A DNA stretch of 64,000 nucleotides. Origin: an uncultured Chloroflexia bacterium. GTDB lineage: Bacteria; Chloroflexota; Limnocylindria; Limnocylindrales; CSP1-4. A program made the position numbers and the translations under genes. Below the pieces are notes generated by a model that searched no databases, was not told the origin of the DNA, and worked only from the letters and a program-made list of their open reading frames with translations. The DNA lies in NCBI GenBank assembly GCA_963707215.1, contig CAVPPB010000003.1, forward strand, positions 1,408,001 to 1,472,000, read 5' to 3'. This document shows positions 58,277 through 64,000 of this stretch, in pieces (position 1 is the stretch's first letter; each line of letters starts with the position of its first letter).

Positions 58277-59216
58277 GGATCTTCCCCATGAGCTTGTCGC
58301 GCCGCATGTCGCCGAGGATGCCGAGCGGGCGGAACAGCAGGATGATGATGAGGGTCGCGCCGAAGACCGCCTCGCGCAGGACGGGGATCGCCTGCGTGTA
58401 CCACTCGCGCGGGAGCGGCAGGTAGGCCTGGATCACGATGTCGAAGAGCCCGACGGTCAGGATGACCCCGATGACGCCGCCCCAGACGCGCGCCGTGCCA
58501 CCCAGGACGAGGCCCACGATCGCGGCGAGCGTGACGCCGACGCCGATCTGGCCGACATCGAGGAACCGCACCATCACCCCGTACATCGCACCGAGCAGGC
58601 CCATGACCGCCGACGTGGAGGCGAACAGCCAGAGCTTGGTCCGGAAGGTGGACTTCCCGAGGCTGCGGGCGAGCGGCTCGTTGCCACCGACGGAGATGAG
58701 CAGGCGACCGTACGGCGACCGATGCACCAGCCAGACGTAGACGAGGATCGCGGCAACGACGGCGCTCAGGATCACGAGCCAGAGGAACTCGTTCTCCTTG
58801 ACGGTGCCGATGTCGTACGGGAAGCGGAGCCCGCCCATGCCTCGCGCTCCACCGGTCCAGTCGTCCTGGGTGGTCGCCAGGATCTGGACCGCGGAAGCGA
58901 ACCCGAGCGTGACGACGAGGACCCCGTCGATGTCCAGGTCGGCGATCAGCCACCCGACGAGGAGCCCGGCCAGGCCGGCCACGATCATCGCGGCGATGGC
59001 GCAGACCAGGAACTGCCAGGGATCCCCGAACGGCCAGTCGAGCTGAACGTACAGCACGCCGAAGGTGTACATCCCGAGCCCCCAGAACCCGACCACGCCG
59101 AAGTTCGCGATCCGGGCGAGGCCCAGCTGGAGGTGGAGCAGCAGCGCGAGGCCGATGACCATCGCGACGTCGAACAGGCCCGTGATCAGGAAGGCGTCGA
59201 GCCAGTCGATGGGCAT
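58266..59216 (-). CDS. Liv-type ABC permease (LivM-like)
   Basis: NFGVVGFWGLG, SPYGRLL, ARSLGK, LFRPLGILG. Confidence 0.88.
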   Translation of the reverse strand: MPIDWLDAFLITGLFDVAMVIGLALLLHLQLGLARIANFGVVGFWGLGMYTFGVLYVQLDWPFGDPWQFLVCAIAAMIVAGLAGLLVGWLIADLDIDGVLVVTLGFASAVQILATTQDDWTGGARGMGGLRFPYDIGTVKENEFLWLVILSAVVAAILVYVWLVHRSPYGRLLISVGGNEPLARSLGKSTFRTKLWLFASTSAVMGLLGAMYGVMVRFLDVGQIGVGVTLAAIVGLVLGGTARVWGGVIGVILTVGLFDIVIQAYLPLPREWYTQAIPVLREAVFGATLIIILLFRPLGILGDMRRDKLMGKIHGK

Positions 59217-59221
59217 GGCGA

Positions 59222-60094
59222 CTACACCTTCGCCGTCTCGGTGAGCCGCGTGCCACGGACCTTCAGCACGATGATGAAGGCGACGATCAGCACGAGCTCG
59301 GCGTAGAGGATCTGGTCGAACTGGAGGGCCATGGCGGCCATCGCGATGCTGGCCCCCATGCCGACGAGGATGACCCCGCCGATCCCCCAGGCCCCGCCGA
59401 CGAGGACGATCATCAGGACCAGGAGGAGCTCGCGCCAACCCAGCAGCGGCGACACGGACGAACCGACGCCGAGGAAGGCGCCGGCCAGCCCGCCGGCGAC
59501 ACCGGCGATGAACCAGATCAGGATCGTCACGACGAGCGGTCGGATCCCGCTCACCTGGGCCAGGTTCTCGTCGCTGGCGAGGGCCCGGATCTTCAGGCCG
59601 TAGCTCGACCGCTGGATGAAGAGGTAGAGCAGGAGCGAGAGGGCCGCGACGCTGGCGACGGCCAGGAGCCGGAACGACGTGATCCCGACCCCGAGCACGA
59701 AGATCGTGTCGGGCGGCGGGACCTCGTAGAAGCGCGTCGCGTAGCCGAAGATGAACTGGAGGCCATGCCGCAGGAAGATCGACAGCCCGAAGGAGATGAT
59801 GATCATCTCGAGCATGCCGACGTTCCGCCGTTTGGCTGGGCGGAAGACCACGAGGTATGTCGCGACGCTCACGACACCGGCGAGCAGCCCGGCCGGGAGC
59901 ACCACGGCGTAGAAGTCGAGACCGAACGAGGTGTTCAGCCACATCCCGAAGTAGGCCCCGAGCGTGATGGTCTCCGCGTAGGCGACGTTGATGAGGCCCG
60001 TGAGCCGGTACAGCAGAGCGAAGCCGATCGCAGCCAGGACCAGGGGCGCATTCTCGACCAGGCCGATCACCAGGGGCTGCGTCACGAGATCCAT
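59222..60094 (-). CDS. Liv-type ABC permease (LivH-like)
   Basis: LAAIGFALLY...INVAYAE, GLKIRALASDENLAQVSGI. Confidence 0.88.
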   Translation of the reverse strand: MDLVTQPLVIGLVENAPLVLAAIGFALLYRLTGLINVAYAETITLGAYFGMWLNTSFGLDFYAVVLPAGLLAGVVSVATYLVVFRPAKRRNVGMLEMIIISFGLSIFLRHGLQFIFGYATRFYEVPPPDTIFVLGVGITSFRLLAVASVAALSLLLYLFIQRSSYGLKIRALASDENLAQVSGIRPLVVTILIWFIAGVAGGLAGAFLGVGSSVSPLLGWRELLLVLMIVLVGGAWGIGGVILVGMGASIAMAAMALQFDQILYAELVLIVAFIIVLKVRGTRLTETAKV

Positions 60095-60230
60095 CAGCGG
60101 GCGCGCCTCAGGCCGACCATGCGTGGTCGAAGCCCGCCGCCGGGCCACATCGCGGGGATCGGTCGCTGCCGAGACAACCCCTTCTGATCACCGATGAGTC
60201 TCCTGGCGGCGCAGGGGCGTTCCGCCCCAT

Positions 60231-60272
60231 CATCGATAATCGATGGTAGATGCTCGCGCGAGCGCGCGTCAA
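60231..60272 (-). promoter_or_regulatory. Sigma70-type promoter with overlapping palindromic operator for the Liv operon
   Basis: TTGACG-N18-TACCAT on the minus strand; CATCGAT-A-ATCGATG at 60231-60245. Confidence 0.7.
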
Positions 60273-60379
60273 TCTGCATGCCCCTCCGATCCAGCACCAC
60301 ATGCCAGCGCGATCGTAGCCATCGTCAGCGACGGACCGGCCGGTCCGATCGGCCCGTCTGATGGGGACCTGCCGACCCG

Positions 60380-61315
60380 TTGTCGACCACGGTCCCTCGG
60401 CCGTGGCACGATGCGGTGGATCGCCGGATCGCGGCCAGGCCGCGGTCGCACGTCCAGGCCACCTTTCCAGCGGAGCGTCCCGTGCACGAGCCCCCGCAGA
60501 CCCCGTCCATCGTCCCGGCGACATCGACGTCGGCCGCCGACCGACGGATGCCGGCCATCTACCTCGGCCACGGCGCCCCCACGCTGCTCGACGATGCCGA
60601 GTGGATGGGCGAGCTGGGCGATTGGGCGTCGGCCCTACCGCGACCGAGCGCCATCCTCATCGTCAGCGCCCACTGGCAGACCGCCCCGATGGCGCTCAGC
60701 GCGACCCGGTCGGTGCCGCTCGTCTACGACTTCTTCGGTTTCCCGCAGCGCTACTACGACCTCGAGTACCCGGCGCCGGGCGCGCCGGAGCTGGCTGCGA
60801 CGGTCCGCGGGCTGATGCCGCCGTCCGAACCGATCCTGGAGCGGGAGACCCGCGGGCTCGACCACGGCGCCTGGGTCCCCCTCATGGCGATGTACCCGCA
60901 GGCCGACGTTCCGGTGCTGCAGCTCTCCATGCCCGACCTGGACCCTGCGCACCTGTTCGAGGTCGGACGCCGCCTCGCCCCACTCCGGGACGAGGGGGTC
61001 CTCATCGTCGGCAGCGGCTTCCTGACCCACGGCCTGCCGTTCATCCACGAGTACTTCCTGGGCAAGCCGGGCGCGCCGCAATGGTCGATCGACTTCGACG
61101 CCTGGGCCCGCGAGACGCTGGAGCGCGGCGACCTGGACAGCCTGTTCGCGTTCCGCGAGAAGGCGCCCGGGATGCCCTACGCCCACCCGACCGTCGAGCA
61201 CTTCGCCCCGCTCTTCGTGACCCTGGGGGCCGCGGCCCGCCCGGACCGGGCCCCGACCTTCACCATCGAGGGCTACTTCTACGGGCTCTCCAAGCGCTCG
61301 TTCCAGGCGCGCTGA
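60380..61315 (+). CDS. Class III extradiol ring-cleavage dioxygenase (LigB/DODA-like); true start probably further downstream
   Basis: YLGHGAP, VSAHW, YDFFGFP, GLDHGAWVPL, GSGFLTH, HPTVEHFAPL. Confidence 0.9.
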   Translation: MSTTVPRPWHDAVDRRIAARPRSHVQATFPAERPVHEPPQTPSIVPATSTSAADRRMPAIYLGHGAPTLLDDAEWMGELGDWASALPRPSAILIVSAHWQTAPMALSATRSVPLVYDFFGFPQRYYDLEYPAPGAPELAATVRGLMPPSEPILERETRGLDHGAWVPLMAMYPQADVPVLQLSMPDLDPAHLFEVGRRLAPLRDEGVLIVGSGFLTHGLPFIHEYFLGKPGAPQWSIDFDAWARETLERGDLDSLFAFREKAPGMPYAHPTVEHFAPLFVTLGAAARPDRAPTFTIEGYFYGLSKRSFQAR

Positions 61316-61348
61316 GCGGATCGTCCGGGACGGGGTTTCAAGTCGTCG

Positions 61349-62021
61349 CTAGCCCTGTGGCTCCGCGGGTCCGGGCTCACCCGGCACCGCCGCCGCGACG
61401 GGACGACGCACCGCGGCCGCGAGGGTCCGCCAGACCCCGAGGTCGCTGTCGATCCCGCGGCGGCGCCGGATCCACGACAGGACCGCATGCGACGTGTCGG
61501 TGAGCAGCCGCAGGCCGACCTCCAGGCCGATGAGGAAGAGGATCATCTCCTCGGTCAACCCGACGATGTCCTGGCGCTCGGTGAGCTCGAGGATCCGATC
61601 CTGCCAGTCCACGGAACCTCCCGTGAGCAGGACGAAGGCGAAGGCCAAGCGGCACGGCCTTGGAAAGCTCCTGGGACGTCTTCTGGCGGACGTAGGCGAG
61701 GATCCGCGCGGCCGCCACGACGGCGACGGCGACCAGCCCCACGTTGCCCAGACGATCGGACGAGCTCACGAAGGTCAGGGCGAGCTCCAGGATGATCGTC
61801 CAAACCACGACGAGGAACGGGATCCCGATGCCGACGGTCAGCAGGTACACGATCCCGACGAACCAGCGGCGCGACGAGATCCGGCGAGCGATGCGGGTCG
61901 TCCGCCGCACGAGCACGTCGCGGGTCGACAGCGACTCGTAGAAGGCCACGGCGAACAGGAAGCCGAGCGCGATGACCGAGCTCAGCACCAGGAGCTCGGT
62001 GAACGTCTCGTCCTCGACCAT
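61349..62021 (-). CDS. Hypothetical membrane protein (frameshift near 61650)
   Basis: Two hydrophobic ORFs joined at ELSKAVPL/AFAFVLL. Confidence 0.65.
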
Positions 62022-62168
62022 CGTCCCGGTCCTCGGTGTCGGCGGAGACGCGTCGTCCTGTCGGCCGGTGGCCGCTCGGAGCGCCCGCGCGTCACGACAT
62101 CATGCCGGGTCGTCGCGGGCCTCGCACGGCCCGCGGACGAGGCCCGGACGAGGTGACCGAGATGCTGG

Positions 62169-62690
62169 TCAGGCCGTCGGCTCACCCGGTGCCGAGACCT
62201 GCGAGTAGACGAGCTGGGCGAGGACGAAGGCGGCCTCGAAGAGGTGGAACACGAGGGCCGTCATGTAGAAGGCCGGATCAAGGGTCGGGTTCGCCCCGAT
62301 CACCGCGAGGAGCAGCGGCAGCTGGATCGGGATCTCGAGGAGCAGCCAGAAGACCGCGGCCGTCACGGGCCGGGTCCGGGCCTGGCGGACCATGAGCTCG
62401 CGGTTCTCCGGGGCTCGAAGCGACAGGACGATCACGACCCAGATCAGGACCAGGAAGACGAGGCTGGAGGCAGCCCACATCGTGCGTTCGTCGAACCCGT
62501 AGCGGACGAGGGCGACCGGCGTCAGGGCGGCGACGACCACGACGAGCCCCAGGGTGACGACCGCCCGGATCTGGCCGAGCTGCTGCGCCTCGACCTCGTC
62601 TCGGCGGGTGACCGCGATGAGCGCGCCGAAGCCGACGAATACTCCGGCGATCTCGGCGATCGCCACGAAGAGACCTGCATCCTCGGTCAT
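62169..62690 (-). CDS. Hypothetical membrane protein
   Basis: AIAEIAGVFVGFGALI, about 5 TM segments, GGAGG upstream. Confidence 0.75.
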   Translation of the reverse strand: MTEDAGLFVAIAEIAGVFVGFGALIAVTRRDEVEAQQLGQIRAVVTLGLVVVVAALTPVALVRYGFDERTMWAASSLVFLVLIWVVIVLSLRAPENRELMVRQARTRPVTAAVFWLLLEIPIQLPLLLAVIGANPTLDPAFYMTALVFHLFEAAFVLAQLVYSQVSAPGEPTA

Positions 62691-62887
62691 GGGTTGTCGT
62701 CCTCCCTGCGTCTCCTGTCCGGAGGTCGATGCTAGCCGGCCTGGAGGGCCGGGGCGACCGAGCCGCCGGCGACGACCGGGCCGGACGGGCGATCGGCCTC
62801 GCCGTCACGGGCGGTCCGGCGGACATCTTGTCGCGGGTCGGCCCGACCACCACGATCCCAGCGAGGGGCGGCCCTCCGTCGCCCGCC

Positions 62888-63031
62888 ATGGGAGCGTCGT
62901 CGATGATCTGGCCGCTCGACGAGTCGGTCTGGGCGGCCCACGCCTGTGCCGTCGCCGGCCGAGCGCTGGACGAGGCGGAGCTGGACCTGTACCTGGCCGG
63001 CCGGGCCGAGCCGGCCGGCTGTACGGACTGA
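62888..63031 (+). pseudogene. C-terminal remnant of an NTPase-WD40-type signalling protein
   Basis: IWPLDESVWAAHACAVAGRALDEAELDLYL...C fits the WxLxxxxWxxxACxxAGRxLTxxEWxxY tail pattern; no preceding domains. Confidence 0.55.
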
Positions 63032-63050
63032 GGCGCCTGGCGCCGGCGCC

Positions 63051-63734
63051 CTAGTTGGAGCGCTGCGGGATCCGCGGGATGAGCCAGTCGAGGAAGCCGC
63101 CCGGGCTGCGGGTCTGGAAGTAGAACCGGCCGGGTCCGCTGATCCGCACGACCAGGCCCTCGCCGCCGACGAGGGTCGTCTTCCAGGAGTTGCCGGCCTT
63201 CTTGACCTCGTAGCCCATCGTCGCGTCGAAGGCGACCATGTGGCCAGTGTCGACCATGTGCGTCTCGCCCGCCGCCAGCTCGATCGGCGCGATCGCCCCG
63301 TAGCTGGACAGCAAGACCGTTCCCGGTCCGGTCAGCTTGAGCAGGAATAGACCCTCGCCGGAGAAGAACGACTTGCCGGCCCCGAACTTCGTGTCGACGA
63401 CGACCTCCGGGGACGAGGCCATGTACGAGCCGGACTGGACGAAGAGCTCCTGGCCGGGCCCCAGCTCCAGGCCCACGATGTCGCCCGGCAGCGCCGGGGC
63501 CAGGGTCAGCCGGCTGTCGTCGCGGGTGGCGACCATGTCGTTGACGAAGAGGGTCTCGCCGCCCAGGACGCTCCGCTTGAGGACCGAGCCGAGCCCGCCC
63601 CCGGTCTTGGTCTCGATCTGGATCGATTCGTCCATGGTCACCATCGCCCCGGCCTCGGCCCGGAACCGCTCGCCGTTGTCGAGGTGGACGACCGCCAGCG
63701 CGTACGACGGCTGGTACTGGATCTCGTAGCGCAT
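63051..63734 (-). CDS. TIGR00266/AIM24-family protein
   Basis: AEAGAMV, GGETLFVN, SGEGLF, VDTGHMVAF, GGEGLV, FQTR. Confidence 0.9.
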   Translation of the reverse strand: MRYEIQYQPSYALAVVHLDNGERFRAEAGAMVTMDESIQIETKTGGGLGSVLKRSVLGGETLFVNDMVATRDDSRLTLAPALPGDIVGLELGPGQELFVQSGSYMASSPEVVVDTKFGAGKSFFSGEGLFLLKLTGPGTVLLSSYGAIAPIELAAGETHMVDTGHMVAFDATMGYEVKKAGNSWKTTLVGGEGLVVRISGPGRFYFQTRSPGGFLDWLIPRIPQRSN

Positions 63735-63776
63735 GGCGCTCCCTCGCTTCCTCTTCGGCGACCTTCCGCCGTTCCT

Positions 63777-64000
63777 CTACGTGGTGGGTTCGCTCGTCGA
63801 CGCGGGCGCGGATGGGCCGGCGCCGGACGAGGCGGCCTTTGCATCGGGGTGGGCTGCCAGGTAGGCGTCCACGGCCTCGGCGACCTCGGACGTCACCTTG
63901 TCCTGGCCGATCAGGTCGATGACGCCATCCCGCTCCAGCACCTTGCGGACGTGGTGCTTGATCCGGGCGAGGTAGACGTCGACCCCATGCCTGGCGCCGG
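63777..64000 (-). CDS. C-terminal STAS domain of a probable SulP-family transporter (partial)
   Basis: RHGVDVYLARIKHHVRKVLERDGVIDLIGQDKV..EVAEAVDAY*. Confidence 0.7.
   Translation of the reverse strand, partial: GARHGVDVYLARIKHHVRKVLERDGVIDLIGQDKVTSEVAEAVDAYLAAHPDAKAASSGAGPSAPASTSEPTT

Noticed and set aside
7460-61660. Numerous frameshifts as programmed frameshifting or mass pseudogenisation
   Set aside because: They are single-base indels, mostly in short G/C runs, in otherwise intact genes, with no in-frame stops or slippery heptamers. Long-read error is the simpler explanation; polishing would decide.
47725-64000. Genomic island integrated at tRNA-Thr
   Set aside because: No integrase and no duplicated tRNA 3' end were seen in the window.

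Overview
Very GC-rich bacterial chromosomal window with about 60 genes and one tRNA-Thr(CGT). Gene content and the Pro/Ser-rich membrane proteins suggest Chloroflexota, Limnocylindria/Ellin6529-like, but this taxonomy is an unverified inference. Many single-base frameshifts in otherwise intact genes look like long-read indel errors. Recognisable content: Sua5 3' end, HNH nuclease, CCA-adding enzyme, galE, a glucosylglycerate cluster (Ggs-like, USP-GpgS fusion, glycerate kinase), three VapBC pairs, endonuclease III, two two-component systems, two tandem TadE-TadE-TadG pseudopilin cassettes, two aminotransferases, CapA, ABC transporters, a lipoprotein nucleoside hydrolase, sulfatase plus anSME and a Liv-type ABC operon. 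The strongest candidate for an undescribed system is an XRE-HTH + PD-(D/E)XK nuclease gene (14502-15350). It is flanked in inverted orientation by three copies of a gap-free 117-bp element with dyad-symmetric conserved motifs (TATCGG-N5-CCGAT-N11-TCAG at each end) and divergent spacers, a REPIN/RAYT-like arrangement but with a different nuclease class. Other notable items: a DNA-ligase-like protein lacking its catalytic lysine, a domain-swapped VapB, an ECF sigma remnant, and repeated leaderless-type promoters. All calls come from reading motifs; no database searches were run.
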